Shown here: in pieces, positions 33,374 to 43,398 of the stretch
How the letters are laid out: every line of letters starts with the position of its first letter
How positions within the stretch are numbered: the first letter of the stretch is position 1
Origin: an uncultured Gammaproteobacteria bacterium
Lineage (GTDB): Bacteria; Pseudomonadota; Gammaproteobacteria; Steroidobacterales; XN24
Direction: 5' to 3'
DNA: 61,889 nt
Assembly: GCA_965364575.1 (NCBI GenBank)
Contig: CBDTYJ010000001.1
Coordinates: 1 to 61,889 of the forward strand
The notes under the pieces: model-generated
The model's input: the letters and a program-made list of their open reading frames with translations, nothing else
What the model was told of the DNA's origin: nothing
The model's database searches: none
Position numbers and translations under genes: made by a program

Positions 33374-35012
33374 AGCCTTCCATAAATTCCTGTTCGGCCT
33401 GCTGCTGGTCCTCGGAGGAGCCGGTTGCACCGATTCCGGACCGGGTGAGGAAGGGAACAAGCCGATACCACCCCCGGTGGAAGACGGGCTGGTGTTCCGC
33501 CGGGGCAATGGCGGGGAACCGGACAGCCTCGATCCCCAACGCTCCGAGGAGACCTCGGCGGCGGATATCCTGCGTGATCTGTACGAGGGGCTGGTGGCGG
33601 AAAATCCGGACGGTTCACTGGCGCCCGGTGTGGCCGAGCGCTGGGAGATCAGTGACGACGGACGCGTCTACACGTTTTTTCTCCGCGACGATGCCCGCTG
33701 GTCCAACGGCGATCCGGTGGTGGCCGATGACTTCGTGGCTGGCATGAGGCGCGCGGTGGATCCGGCGACCGGGTCCGCCTACGGTCAGCTGCTGCAGGCC
33801 GTCGAAGGGGCTCTGGAGGTGGTCGCCGGGCGGCAGCCGCCGGACGCCCTGGCGGTCAATGCCCTGTCCGATCGCACGCTGGAGATACGCCTGGTGGAGC
33901 CGACGCCGTATTTCCTCGAGATCTTGAATCATTCCACGGCCTATCCGGTCCACCGTCAATCCCTGGCCGAATTCGGCGATCGCTTTTCACGGCCTGGCAA
34001 CCAGGTTTCCAACGGCGCATTCATGCTGGACGAGTGGGTGGTCCAGTCCCACGTCAAGTTGCGCAAGAACCCCCACTACTGGGATGCCGGCAGCGTCGCC
34101 CTCGACACGGTTTATTATCTTCATATCGAGCAGCCTTCCGCCGAGCTAAAGCGCTATCGCGCAGGTGAACTGGATTTCAGCTTTACGCTGCCGAACAACC
34201 AGTTCCAATGGAGCCGCGAGAATCTGCCGGATGAGCTGGTCGTCGCGCCTTTCGCGTCGGTCTATTATTATCAATTCAGCCTGAAGAACGCTCCCTTCGA
34301 CGACCTGCGTCTGCGCCAGGCACTGACGATGGCCATCGACCGGGAGATCATCGTCGAGAAAGTCACCGGCGTGGGTGAGATCGCGGCCTACGGCTTCGTG
34401 CCGACGGCGGTCATCGGCTATCAGCCGTCAAAATTTCCCTGGGAGGACTGGCCGGCCGAGCGCCGCCTGGCCGAAGCGCGGCGGCTGTACGAGGAGGCCG
34501 GATTCAGCGAAGACAAGCCGCTGCAGGTCGAGCTGTTCTACAACACCAGCGAGAATCACAAGAAGATCGCGCTGGCCATCGCCGCCATGTGGAAGCAGGC
34601 GCTCGGCGTCAAGGCGAGACCCACCAATCTGGAATTCAAGGTGCTGCTGCAGCAGCGCCGCGACGGCAGCCGCTGGCAGGTGATGCGGATGGGATGGGTC
34701 GGCGACTATAACGATGCCAACACCTTCCTGGAGATCTTCCACTCCACCCACGGCCAGAACGACCCCGGTTTCGATGATGCGGAGTATGACCGCCTGCTGG
34801 CCGAGGCCAGCGGCACCCGGGACCCGGTCCGACGACAGCAGCTGCTGCGGGAGGCCGAAAGCCGGCTGCTTTCCCAGTATCCGGTGATGCCGATCTACTT
34901 CTCGGTGGTCAAGCGCCTGGTCAAGCCCTGGGTGCTGGGCTACCAACCCAACGGGCTGGATCACAATTACAGCAAGTTCGTCTCGATCGATACCGACGCA
35001 CGGGGTTTCTAG
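33363..35012 (+). CDS. ABC transporter substrate-binding lipoprotein, family 5 (OppA/MppA-like), copy 2
   Basis: Paralogue of copy 1, roughly half identical by eye along the full length. Lipobox FGLLLVLGGAGC. TTG 33363 is chosen as the start. The track ORF 5' part (33243-33362) overlaps copy 1. Confidence 0.85.
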   Translation: MTSRAFHKFLFGLLLVLGGAGCTDSGPGEEGNKPIPPPVEDGLVFRRGNGGEPDSLDPQRSEETSAADILRDLYEGLVAENPDGSLAPGVAERWEISDDGRVYTFFLRDDARWSNGDPVVADDFVAGMRRAVDPATGSAYGQLLQAVEGALEVVAGRQPPDALAVNALSDRTLEIRLVEPTPYFLEILNHSTAYPVHRQSLAEFGDRFSRPGNQVSNGAFMLDEWVVQSHVKLRKNPHYWDAGSVALDTVYYLHIEQPSAELKRYRAGELDFSFTLPNNQFQWSRENLPDELVVAPFASVYYYQFSLKNAPFDDLRLRQALTMAIDREIIVEKVTGVGEIAAYGFVPTAVIGYQPSKFPWEDWPAERRLAEARRLYEEAGFSEDKPLQVELFYNTSENHKKIALAIAAMWKQALGVKARPTNLEFKVLLQQRRDGSRWQVMRMGWVGDYNDANTFLEIFHSTHGQNDPGFDDAEYDRLLAEASGTRDPVRRQQLLREAESRLLSQYPVMPIYFSVVKRLVKPWVLGYQPNGLDHNYSKFVSIDTDARGF

Positions 35013-35054
35013 CCGGGTGGTACCATTCGGCGCGCCGGATCGGGAGGATCCCAA

Positions 35055-35975
35055 TTGCTCAAGTACGCCCTGAAGCGTTTCATCGGCGCCTGGCCGACCC
35101 TGCTGATCATGATCGCCATCGCGTTCTTCATGATCCGGGTGGCGCCAGGGGGGCCGTTCGACAGCGAGCGCAAGCTGCCGCCCGAGATCGAAGCGAGGAT
35201 GCTCGAGGCCTATCATCTCGATGAGCCCCTGTATCAGCAGTTCGGCCGTTATCTGGCGGGGCTCCTGAAGGGCGACTTCGGGCCTTCGTTCCAGTACAAG
35301 GAATATTCCGTCAGCGAACTGGTGATGGCCGGCTTTCCGGTATCGCTGCGTCTGGGCGGGCTGGCCATGCTGCTGGCACTGGTCGTGGGCGTGACGGCCG
35401 GTACGCTCGCCGCCCTGAGACAGAACACGCGCACCGACTATTCGGTCATGGCCGTCTCCATGACCGGCATCTCCATCCCGAATTTCGTCATGGCGCCGCT
35501 GCTGATCCTGTTTTTCGCGGTCTACCTGGGATGGCTGCCGGCCGGCGGACTCGGCGACGGCTCGTTAGCTAACCTGGTGCTGCCGGTGATCTCCCTGGCG
35601 CTGCCTCAGATCGCGTATATCAGCCGACTGACTCGCGGCAGCATGATCGAGGTCCTGCACAGTAACTACATCCGCACGGCGCGGGCCAAAGGACTCCCGG
35701 AGCGCCTGGTGATCCTGCGTCACGCCATCAAGCCGGCGCTGCTGCCGGTGGTGTCCTATCTGGGTCCGGCGACCGCCGCGATCATCACCGGCTCTGTCGT
35801 GATCGAGCAGATTTTCGGGGTGCCCGGGCTGGGCCGATATTTCGTCCAGGGCGCGCTCAACCGGGACTACACCCTGGTCCTCGGAGTGGTCATCTTCTAC
35901 GGCGTACTGATCATCGTATTCAATTTCCTGGTCGACATGATCTATGCCCTGCTGGACCCGAGGGTGAAGTACTGA
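35055..35975 (+). CDS. oppB: oligopeptide ABC transporter permease OppB
   Basis: MLKYALKRFIGAWPTLLIMIAIAFFMIRVAPGGPF...SMIEVLHSNYIRTARAKGLPERLVILRHAIKPALLP. This is close to E. coli OppB as I recall that sequence. Confidence 0.92.
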   Translation: MLKYALKRFIGAWPTLLIMIAIAFFMIRVAPGGPFDSERKLPPEIEARMLEAYHLDEPLYQQFGRYLAGLLKGDFGPSFQYKEYSVSELVMAGFPVSLRLGGLAMLLALVVGVTAGTLAALRQNTRTDYSVMAVSMTGISIPNFVMAPLLILFFAVYLGWLPAGGLGDGSLANLVLPVISLALPQIAYISRLTRGSMIEVLHSNYIRTARAKGLPERLVILRHAIKPALLPVVSYLGPATAAIITGSVVIEQIFGVPGLGRYFVQGALNRDYTLVLGVVIFYGVLIIVFNFLVDMIYALLDPRVKY

Positions 35976-36859
35976 TGGCGGCGGTCGACGCGGTCGAGAA
36001 CATGCCGGTGGAGGGTCGCAGCCTGTGGGTCGATGCCTGGCGCCGGCTGCTGCGCAACCGCGCTGCGGTGGTGGCCGCATTCATCCTCGCCACCATGACC
36101 GTCACCGTGATCATCGGGCCCTGGCTGATCCCCTTCGATTACGACTTCACCGACTGGGGTCATATCGCCATCCCGCCCGACCTGGCCAGCGGTCATCTGT
36201 TCGGCACCGACAGCCTGGGGCGGGACCTGCTGGTGCGCACGCTCCATGGCGGGCGTATCTCGCTGCTGGTGGGTCTGGTCGCCACCCTGGTCAGCCTGGT
36301 GATCGGTATCGCCTACGGGGCTATCGCCGGGTACGCCGGTGGCCGCGTGGATCACGTGATGATGCGGATCGTGGACATCCTTTACGCCATGCCGTTCATG
36401 TTCTTCGTCATCCTTCTGATGGTGCTGTTCGGGCGCAACATCGTGCTCATCTTCGTCGCCATCGGCGCCATCAACTGGCTCGATATGGCGCGCATCGTCC
36501 GGGGCCAGACCCTGAGCCTCAAACACAAGGAGTTCATCGAGGCGGCCGAGGCGCTGGGCACATCGAGCTTCGACATCATCCGCCGGCATATCGTGCCCAA
36601 TCTGCTGGGCGTGGTCGTGGTCTATGTCACGCTCACGATCCCCCAGGTGATCCTGGTGGAGTCTTTCCTGAGCTTCCTCGGTCTGGGTGTCCAGGAGCCG
36701 ATGACTTCATGGGGCGCGCTGGTCAACGACGGGGCCCAGGAGATGGAGAGCGCGCCCTGGCTGCTGATCTTCCCGGCGGTATTCCTGGCGGCGACCCTGT
36801 TCTGTTTCAACTTCATCGGCGACGGGCTGCGCGACGCCCTCGACCCGAAGGACCGCTGA
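35975..36859 (+). CDS. oppC: oligopeptide ABC transporter permease OppC
   Basis: SLWVDAWRRLLRNRAAVV..., with the EAA loop region (KHKEFIEAAEALGTSSFDIIRRHIVPN). TGATG overlap with oppB. Confidence 0.92.
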   Translation: MAAVDAVENMPVEGRSLWVDAWRRLLRNRAAVVAAFILATMTVTVIIGPWLIPFDYDFTDWGHIAIPPDLASGHLFGTDSLGRDLLVRTLHGGRISLLVGLVATLVSLVIGIAYGAIAGYAGGRVDHVMMRIVDILYAMPFMFFVILLMVLFGRNIVLIFVAIGAINWLDMARIVRGQTLSLKHKEFIEAAEALGTSSFDIIRRHIVPNLLGVVVVYVTLTIPQVILVESFLSFLGLGVQEPMTSWGALVNDGAQEMESAPWLLIFPAVFLAATLFCFNFIGDGLRDALDPKDR

Positions 36860-36864
36860 GCATC

Positions 36865-37830
36865 ATGCCGCTGCTGGAAGTCGATCAGCTGGTGGTGCGA
36901 TTCGACACCGCCGATGGGGAGGTGGAGGCGGTCAACGGCATCAGCTTTGCCCTCGAACCGTCCGAAGTCCTGGCCATCGTCGGCGAGTCCGGTTCCGGCA
37001 AGAGCCAGACGGTGTTGAGCATCATGGGATTGCTGGCAGCCAACGGCCGTTGTTCCGGAAGCGTGCGCTACCGGAACGAGGAGATCCTCAATCTGCCCGC
37101 AGATCAGCTCAACCGCGTTCGCGGTGACCGCATTTCCATGATCTTCCAGGACCCCATGACGTCGCTCAATCCCTACCTGACTGTGGCCCGCCAGATGGTA
37201 GAGGTGCTGGTGCTGCACAAGGGCATGAGTGAGGACGACGCGAGACGCACGGCGCTCGAGATGCTGGACGCGGTCCACATCCCCGACGCCCGCCGGCGGA
37301 TCGACCGCTATCCCCACGAGTTCTCGGGCGGCATGCGCCAGCGGGTAATGATCGCCATCGCCCTGCTGTGCCGTCCCGATCTGCTGATTGCAGACGAGCC
37401 TACGACTGCACTTGATGTGACGGTACAGGCCCAGATCCTCGAGCTGTTGGCGGAGATCCGGCGTGAATTCGGCACGGCCATCATCCTCATCACCCATGAT
37501 CTGGGTGTCGTGGCCGGAAGCTGTGATCGGGCCCTGGTCATGTACGGCGGGCAGCTGATGGAGTACGGCGACCTGGAGCAGATCTTCCATCACAGCCGGC
37601 ATCCCTATACCCGTGGACTGCTGCGATCGGTGCCGCGCCTGGACCAGCCCGGTCTGGCCCGCCTCGAGACCATCCCGGGCAACCCGCCGAGCCTGCTGGC
37701 GCTGCCGGTCGGATGCCCGTTCGCCGCCCGATGCGAATATCAGGAGCCTCGTTGTCTCGAGCAGCGGCCGGCGCTCGAGCGCGTCGGCGAAAATCACCTC
37801 AAGGCCTGTCACCGGGACTCGCTGCCATGA
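36865..37830 (+). CDS. oppD: oligopeptide ABC transporter ATP-binding protein OppD
   Basis: [13 protein letters not shown], Walker A GESGSGKS and signature FSGGMRQR. Start at ATG 36865. The long 36025 track ORF is a spurious 5' extension across oppC. Confidence 0.92.
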   Translation: MPLLEVDQLVVRFDTADGEVEAVNGISFALEPSEVLAIVGESGSGKSQTVLSIMGLLAANGRCSGSVRYRNEEILNLPADQLNRVRGDRISMIFQDPMTSLNPYLTVARQMVEVLVLHKGMSEDDARRTALEMLDAVHIPDARRRIDRYPHEFSGGMRQRVMIAIALLCRPDLLIADEPTTALDVTVQAQILELLAEIRREFGTAIILITHDLGVVAGSCDRALVMYGGQLMEYGDLEQIFHHSRHPYTRGLLRSVPRLDQPGLARLETIPGNPPSLLALPVGCPFAARCEYQEPRCLEQRPALERVGENHLKACHRDSLP

Positions 37831-38843
37831 ATGACCCGTCGTCAGAAGCGGTGCTGCAGGTCAGCGACCTCTCGGTCCGTTTCCGCATCCCGGGCGAGAG
37901 CCTGCTGCGTCCGTCGCGGATGCTGGAAGCGGTCAGCGCTGTCAGTTTCGAGCTGGGCAAGGGGGAGACGCTGGGGGTCGTGGGCGAGTCCGGCTGTGGC
38001 AAATCCTCCCTGGCCCGGGGCATTCTGGGGCTGGTGCCGGTGGCGGGGGGCACGGTGGATCTTTCGGGCCGGCCGCTGACGGGCCTCGGCCGGGACGCGC
38101 TGCGTCAGCGCCGCCGGGAAGCGCAGATGATCTTCCAGGATCCGCTGGCTTCCCTGAATCCCCGCATGACGGTCGGCGAGATCATCGCCGAGCCGCTGCG
38201 CGTGTTCGAACCCGGGCTCGATCGATCCGGCCGCCGGACACGGGTCGAGGAGATGATGAGCCGCGTCGGTCTCGGGACCAGCCTCATCAACCGCTATCCC
38301 CATGAGTTCTCTGGCGGACAGTGCCAGCGCATCGGCATCGCCAGGGCGCTGATCCTGAAGCCCTCGCTGATCATCTGCGACGAACCCGTCAGCGCCCTGG
38401 ATGTGTCGATCCAGGCCCAGATCGTCAATCTTCTGATGGACATCCAGCTCGATCTGGGCCTGTCCCTGCTGTTCATCGCCCATGACCTTTCGGTGGTGCG
38501 CCACATAAGCCATCGCATCATGGTCATGTATCTGGGTCGGGTGGTGGAGATCGGCGACAGCGATCATGTCTGCGATGAACCCATGCATCCCTACACCCGG
38601 GCCCTCATCGATGCCGTACCGGTTCCGGATCCCGCCATACAACAGGGCGCGCCGCACGTCTCTATCGTCGGTGATCTGCCTTCGCCGCTGGATCCGCCCA
38701 GCGGCTGCGCTTTTCGCACCCGCTGTCCCCTCGCGGACGCGCGGTGTGCCGCGGAGCGGCCGGCGTTGCGTCGATACGAGGGGCGCATGGTGGCCTGTCA
38801 TCACCCCGGGGCCGTGCCGACGGAGGAGGGCGGTCCGCCCTAA
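37827..38843 (+). CDS. oppF: oligopeptide ABC transporter ATP-binding protein OppF
   Basis: [19 protein letters not shown], Walker A GESGCGKSS and signature FSGGQCQR. ATGA overlap with oppD. Confidence 0.92.
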   Translation: MNDPSSEAVLQVSDLSVRFRIPGESLLRPSRMLEAVSAVSFELGKGETLGVVGESGCGKSSLARGILGLVPVAGGTVDLSGRPLTGLGRDALRQRRREAQMIFQDPLASLNPRMTVGEIIAEPLRVFEPGLDRSGRRTRVEEMMSRVGLGTSLINRYPHEFSGGQCQRIGIARALILKPSLIICDEPVSALDVSIQAQIVNLLMDIQLDLGLSLLFIAHDLSVVRHISHRIMVMYLGRVVEIGDSDHVCDEPMHPYTRALIDAVPVPDPAIQQGAPHVSIVGDLPSPLDPPSGCAFRTRCPLADARCAAERPALRRYEGRMVACHHPGAVPTEEGGPP

Positions 38844-40129
38844 CGGTTGAACGGCAGCGGCAGCGGCAGCTTGTTCAGCGTGATCAGCCCGCCGCTGACA
38901 CGCAGGTCGCTGACGAAGCTGTCACCCTCGCGACGCAGATAACCGGCGGACAGCAGGCCGATCGGATCGCCATTTTCGTCCCCCTGCAGACCGAGCGCGT
39001 CATTGAGCATCGGCCGGTTCAGGGTCAGGCGGCCGCTGCCGTCGACGGCGGAAAGCAGATCACTGCCGTCGCGGACGGGTCGCTGATGTCCATCAGGCAG
39101 GCCCAGATCGAGTTCGAGCGTAGCGCGGCCGTCGCCGGCGCTGAGAACCAGCTCCGACAGTTCGAGTCTCGAACCCGGCCGTAGCACGTCGGCAAACTCC
39201 ACGCCCGCGTCGCGCAGGGGGAAGCCCTGCTGGACCCGCTGCAACAGCGCGCCGAGCATGACCCCGTCGAGAGCCTCGAGGGCCAGCCGCATTCGGGCGG
39301 ACACCGGCGCACCTCCGGCGGCCTCGATGGTCGCCAGGTCGAATTCCGCGGCGTAGCCGACCGTGTCGTCATCGGCTCTGACGGTGAGATCGATCTCCAT
39401 CCCGGAGCCGCTGACTTCGCGGCCCAGCCGGTCGACGAACCGGAAGCTCTCGAGACTTACGCGGCTGTGGCCTGCCCGCAGCCCGAATCGGGTCGGACGA
39501 GTATCGCTCTCGAAGTCGATGTCCCCTGAGCGCATCAGGCCGTTGGTGCCCGCCACTTCGATCGGGCCGAGCCGGCCGGATGAACGCAGCCGGGCGGCGT
39601 GACGGTCGAATACCACCGAGATATCTGCGCCCGCAGCGGTGAATGCACCCTGACCATCGGCCATCGGGCCTTCGGCGTGCCCGGCCAGGAATCGCGTCTG
39701 ACCGCCGCCGCCGAAGCCGATACGCGTGATCGCCTGACCCGGGATCGCCGTCCGGGTGCCGTCAGCGCCCTCTACCAGCAGGTCCGAGCGCATGCGGGCC
39801 AGGCCCGGGGCGCCCTCCAGCAGGGGCCATGGGCCGTGGGCGATGACGCTGTCGATGACAAGGGAAGTCGGCGGCGCGCCCCTGGCTCCCGTCAGCAGAT
39901 GCGCCAGACGCTGCGCCCGCTCATCGGTAAGGGACAGGCGATGCCGGGCCCGGGAGGTAAACCAGCCGGTCTCGTACCGCTCCACTTCCGGCACCGCGCC
40001 AGTGGTCGCCCGGGTCAGCTGATCCAGCAGGAACTGGTGACGGCCCTCTGCCACGCTGCCGATCAAAGGCGGTGCCCCGCACATGAGCAGCAGTACCGCC
40101 AGGAACAGGATGATCAGTGATCGTCTCAA
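38840..40129 (-). CDS. YdgA/DUF945-family periplasmic protein
   Basis: N-terminal anchor MRRSLIILFLAVLLLMCG and a GWFTSRARHRLSL segment that resembles the YdgA-family N-terminal motif. TTG start. The stop overlaps the oppF stop by 4 nt. The family call rests on recollection only. Confidence 0.55.
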   Translation of the reverse strand: MRRSLIILFLAVLLLMCGAPPLIGSVAEGRHQFLLDQLTRATTGAVPEVERYETGWFTSRARHRLSLTDERAQRLAHLLTGARGAPPTSLVIDSVIAHGPWPLLEGAPGLARMRSDLLVEGADGTRTAIPGQAITRIGFGGGGQTRFLAGHAEGPMADGQGAFTAAGADISVVFDRHAARLRSSGRLGPIEVAGTNGLMRSGDIDFESDTRPTRFGLRAGHSRVSLESFRFVDRLGREVSGSGMEIDLTVRADDDTVGYAAEFDLATIEAAGGAPVSARMRLALEALDGVMLGALLQRVQQGFPLRDAGVEFADVLRPGSRLELSELVLSAGDGRATLELDLGLPDGHQRPVRDGSDLLSAVDGSGRLTLNRPMLNDALGLQGDENGDPIGLLSAGYLRREGDSFVSDLRVSGGLITLNKLPLPLPFNR

Positions 40130-40248
40130 GTCAGCGCCGCGGGATGCGCCCGGCTCCGGGCATCGGGATGGGATGGTGTCATCCGCATGGCGGCCTGTCG
40201 AGGCCGCCGCCCGTGCTAGGATCGGTCGTGGACGGGGAGCGGAACCGG

Positions 40249-40737
40249 ATGAAGCAATTCAGCGACTTCGAGATCGACAGCCTGGGCGGCGAGCCGGATG
40301 TGCTTGCTGCCCTCAGGGGCCGCGTGGTGCTGGTCGTCAACGTGGCCAGCGAATGCGGCTACACACCCCAATACGCGGGCCTGCAGGCGCTACATGAGGA
40401 ACTGGAGCCAGAGGGCTTCAGCGTACTCGGCCTGCCGTGCAACCAGTTCGGCGGCCAGGAGCCGGGGACGGCGGACCAGATCCTGGGATTCTGCCAGCAG
40501 CGCTACGGAGTAAGTTTCCCGCTGGGCGTCAAGATCGAGGTCAACGGGCCCGATCGCCACCCGCTTTACGCCTGGCTGACCGATCCGGTGAACGGGCATC
40601 CCGGCGACATCGCCTGGAACTTCGAGAAATTCCTGATCGGGCGGGACGGGCGGGTGATCGCTCGCTATCCTGCCGCCACCGCTCCCCAGGATCCGGTCCT
40701 GCTGCAGGACATCGCGGACGCCCTGGCGCAGGATTGA
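40249..40737 (+). CDS. glutathione peroxidase (Cys-type, BtuE-like)
   Basis: VVNVASECGYTPQY, LGLPCNQFGGQEPG and WNFEKFLIGRDG. Start at ATG 40249. Confidence 0.92.
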   Translation: MKQFSDFEIDSLGGEPDVLAALRGRVVLVVNVASECGYTPQYAGLQALHEELEPEGFSVLGLPCNQFGGQEPGTADQILGFCQQRYGVSFPLGVKIEVNGPDRHPLYAWLTDPVNGHPGDIAWNFEKFLIGRDGRVIARYPAATAPQDPVLLQDIADALAQD

Positions 40738-40744
40738 GTCCCGC

Positions 40745-41449
40745 TCACGGTCCGACCAGCTCGAAGCTGGCATTCACCGAACTGACGATACGGATCTCGC
40801 CGGCCTGATAGCTGCCCCCTTCGTCGGCGCTGGCCATGGCCGTCGCCATACCCCGCTCGCGCAGCGGCTGGACCACCGGGCCCCCGATGGCGTCGATCCG
40901 GTGCACCGGGCCGAGCTTCATGCCCAAAGCATCGGCCAGCACGGTGGCCCGGGCCCGGGCATCGGTCGCAGCCGCCGCCAGCGCCTGGCGCTCGAGACCG
41001 GCCCGCCTGGCCGTATCGAAGACGGGGGGATCGACTTGATTGATACCGAGTTTGAGCACGCCCTCGAACAGCTCGCCGAGTTCCGAGATATCCGTGAGAC
41101 GGATGCTCATCCTTCGCGTGACGACGTATCCGAGCAGCTTCTGTTGCCGGCTCTCTGGCAACCACTGGTAATCGGGACGGACGATGAGGGCGGCACTCGC
41201 CACCTGTTCCTCGGGGATGCCCTGCCGCCGGGTCAGGGCCAGCACGGCCGTTACCGTCTCATTCACCCGGCGGCGGGCCTCGTCGACGGTCGAAGCCCGT
41301 TCCTCCACGCCGATACCGACGACGGCGATATCCGGCTCCGTCAGGATCTCCCCGGACCCGGATACGGTTACCAGCCGGGGATCTTCTTCCGCGCCGGCGT
41401 CGGCGACGAACAGGGTAAACAACAGCATGATCAGCATTATCCGGGGCAT
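40745..41449 (-). CDS. SIMPL-domain (DUF541/BP26-like) periplasmic protein
   Basis: Signal peptide MPRIMLIMLLFTLFVADAGA, then RLVTVSGSGEILTEPDIAVVGIGVEE. Start at ATG 41449 (GAGGAGG 9 nt upstream). Confidence 0.8.
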   Translation of the reverse strand: MPRIMLIMLLFTLFVADAGAEEDPRLVTVSGSGEILTEPDIAVVGIGVEERASTVDEARRRVNETVTAVLALTRRQGIPEEQVASAALIVRPDYQWLPESRQQKLLGYVVTRRMSIRLTDISELGELFEGVLKLGINQVDPPVFDTARRAGLERQALAAAATDARARATVLADALGMKLGPVHRIDAIGGPVVQPLRERGMATAMASADEGGSYQAGEIRIVSSVNASFELVGP

Positions 41450-41561
41450 GTCTGCCATCCTCCTCAGGACCGGTTGGGCTTGTGGCAATATTACGTGGGT
41501 CTGATTACCATATCGCCCCCTGAACAGACCCCCGCCGATGTCGGCGGGCCGCGGAGGATTC

Positions 41562-41945
41562 ATGTTGCTCAAGCGTGTCGCTGTTTCCCGGGAGATTCCG
41601 CCTGCGGCCAAATCCGTCGGAGCTAGACTGGCCGGCGCCGTACTGGCCATGTCTCTGTCACTGCCGGCCCTCGCGGATGGCAACCCCGAGCAGGGCCGGC
41701 TCAGTGCGGAGACCTGCCTCGGCTGTCACGGCATCGAGAACTACAAGAACGTATACCCCACTTTCCCGGTGCCGAAGCTGTGCGGGCAGAATGCGCAGTA
41801 TCTGGCCGATGCCCTGCGGGCCTACACGGCGGGTGACCGGGCTCATGGCACGATGCACGCCCAGGCCGCGACGCTGAGCGACAAGGAAATTCAGGACATC
41901 GCCGCCTATTTTGCCGATCCGGCATTTTGCTATGAGGGGAAATAA
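41562..41945 (+). CDS. monohaem class I cytochrome c (cytochrome c4-domain-like)
   Basis: Signal peptide and a single CLGCHG haem motif. ...LSDKEIQDIAAYFAD resembles the end of a c4 domain. Start at ATG 41562. Confidence 0.82.
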   Translation: MLLKRVAVSREIPPAAKSVGARLAGAVLAMSLSLPALADGNPEQGRLSAETCLGCHGIENYKNVYPTFPVPKLCGQNAQYLADALRAYTAGDRAHGTMHAQAATLSDKEIQDIAAYFADPAFCYEGK

Positions 41946-41946
41946 T

Positions 41947-42276
41947 ATGGGTCGCGCCGCCATCCTCACCGCCGCCCTGATCGCCCTGTGTGCTCCGGCA
42001 CTGGTCCAGGCCAGCGGCGACCCCGAGCTTGGCCGGGCCAAGTCCACGACCTGCACCGCCTGCCATGGCCCGGACGGCCGCGGCACGGCGCCCAACTATC
42101 CGGTACTGGCCGGGCAGCATGCGGAGTATCTGGTCCACGCACTGACCCAGTATCGGAGCGGCGAGCGCAAGAACGCGATCATGGCCGGCTTCGCCACCAA
42201 CCTCAGCGACGACGACATCGCCGATCTGGCCGCCTGGTTCGCGAGCATGGAAGGCCTCAAGACCGCCAAGCGCTGA
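41947..42276 (+). CDS. monohaem class I cytochrome c (cytochrome c4-domain-like)
   Basis: Signal peptide MGRAAILTAALIALCAPALVQA, CTACHG, NYPVLAGQHAEYL and NLSDDDIADLAAWFAS. The ATG is 1 nt after the upstream stop. Confidence 0.85.
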   Translation: MGRAAILTAALIALCAPALVQASGDPELGRAKSTTCTACHGPDGRGTAPNYPVLAGQHAEYLVHALTQYRSGERKNAIMAGFATNLSDDDIADLAAWFASMEGLKTAKR

Positions 42277-42394
42277 TCGCCCGTCGCGTGACATCGTCTG
42301 CGCCCATCCGCGCCGGGGCGCGGGGCCGGGCTGGCCGCACAGGGACCGGGCCCGGGCGAAACCTGGCGGCGTATCCACCGAGGGGAGACCGGAG

Positions 42395-43348
42395 TTGGAT
42401 ATCGATGCGCTGACCACAGAATTTCCCGCCGGCATCACGGCCATCGATACCGGCTACGTGCGTCCGTCCATGACCGCCAGCCATCTGATCGTCGAGGACG
42501 GCCGCGCGGCATTCGTCGACACCGGACCCAACAGCGCGGTGCCGCGGCTGATGGCGGCCCTCGAGGCCGCGGGCCTGGCACCGGCCGATGTCGACCTGGT
42601 CTGTCTGACCCACGTCCACCTGGACCACGCGGGCGGCGCTGGCGAATTGATGGCGCTGCTGCCCAATGCCGTCGCCGTGCTCCATCCACGCGGGGCACCC
42701 CATATGGCGGATCCGGCCAGACTGGAGAGCGGCAGCCGTGCCGTCTATGGGGACGAGGCCTTCGATGCCATGTACGGCCGTATCCGGCCGATTCCGGAAG
42801 CGCGTATCCGCGTGGTGGAGGACGGAGAGGAGATCGGGCTGGGGGGACGCAGCTTCCGGATTCTGCACACCGAGGGTCACGCCCGCCATCATTACTGCAT
42901 CCACGATCCGGGCGCCGACGTCGTCTTTTCCGGAGACAGCTTCGGGCTCTCCTACCGGGAATTCGATACCGACCGCGGGCCCTTCATTCTGCCCAGCACG
43001 ACGCCGGTGCAGTTCGATCCCGACGCGGCCCTGGCCAGCGTCGACCGGATCATGGAAACAGCGCCGGAGGCCATCTATCTCACTCACTTCAGCCGGGTGG
43101 AGGATCTGCCGCGGCTCGCCCAGGACCTGCGCGATGACATCCGCGCCTACGCCGCATTCGCCGCGAAGGCCGCGGACGAGACGGATCCCGAGGCCTGGCT
43201 GCGGACGGCGATCCGTGCGCGCCTGTTCGCCCGGCTGGACGAGCACGGCTGCAAACCGGATCCGGACTGGCGATCGTCTATCCTAGATGCTGACATCGAG
43301 CTAAACGCGGCGGGCATACTGGTCTGGATGAAGCGCCAGAAGCGCTGA
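42395..43348 (+). CDS. MBL-fold metallo-hydrolase
   Basis: THVHLDHAGG (HxHxDH) motif and later H/D ligands (LHTEGHARHH). TTG start. Confidence 0.8.
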   Translation: MDIDALTTEFPAGITAIDTGYVRPSMTASHLIVEDGRAAFVDTGPNSAVPRLMAALEAAGLAPADVDLVCLTHVHLDHAGGAGELMALLPNAVAVLHPRGAPHMADPARLESGSRAVYGDEAFDAMYGRIRPIPEARIRVVEDGEEIGLGGRSFRILHTEGHARHHYCIHDPGADVVFSGDSFGLSYREFDTDRGPFILPSTTPVQFDPDAALASVDRIMETAPEAIYLTHFSRVEDLPRLAQDLRDDIRAYAAFAAKAADETDPEAWLRTAIRARLFARLDEHGCKPDPDWRSSILDADIELNAAGILVWMKRQKR

Positions 43349-43398
43349 AGCGAGCACGAGAGGGCAAGCCCGCGATCTCAAACACAGGGAAGAAAAGT

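Noticed and set aside
40354-40356. Possible selenocysteine in the glutathione peroxidase active site.
   Set aside because: The active-site codon is TGC (Cys), not TGA. There is no in-frame stop or SECIS requirement.
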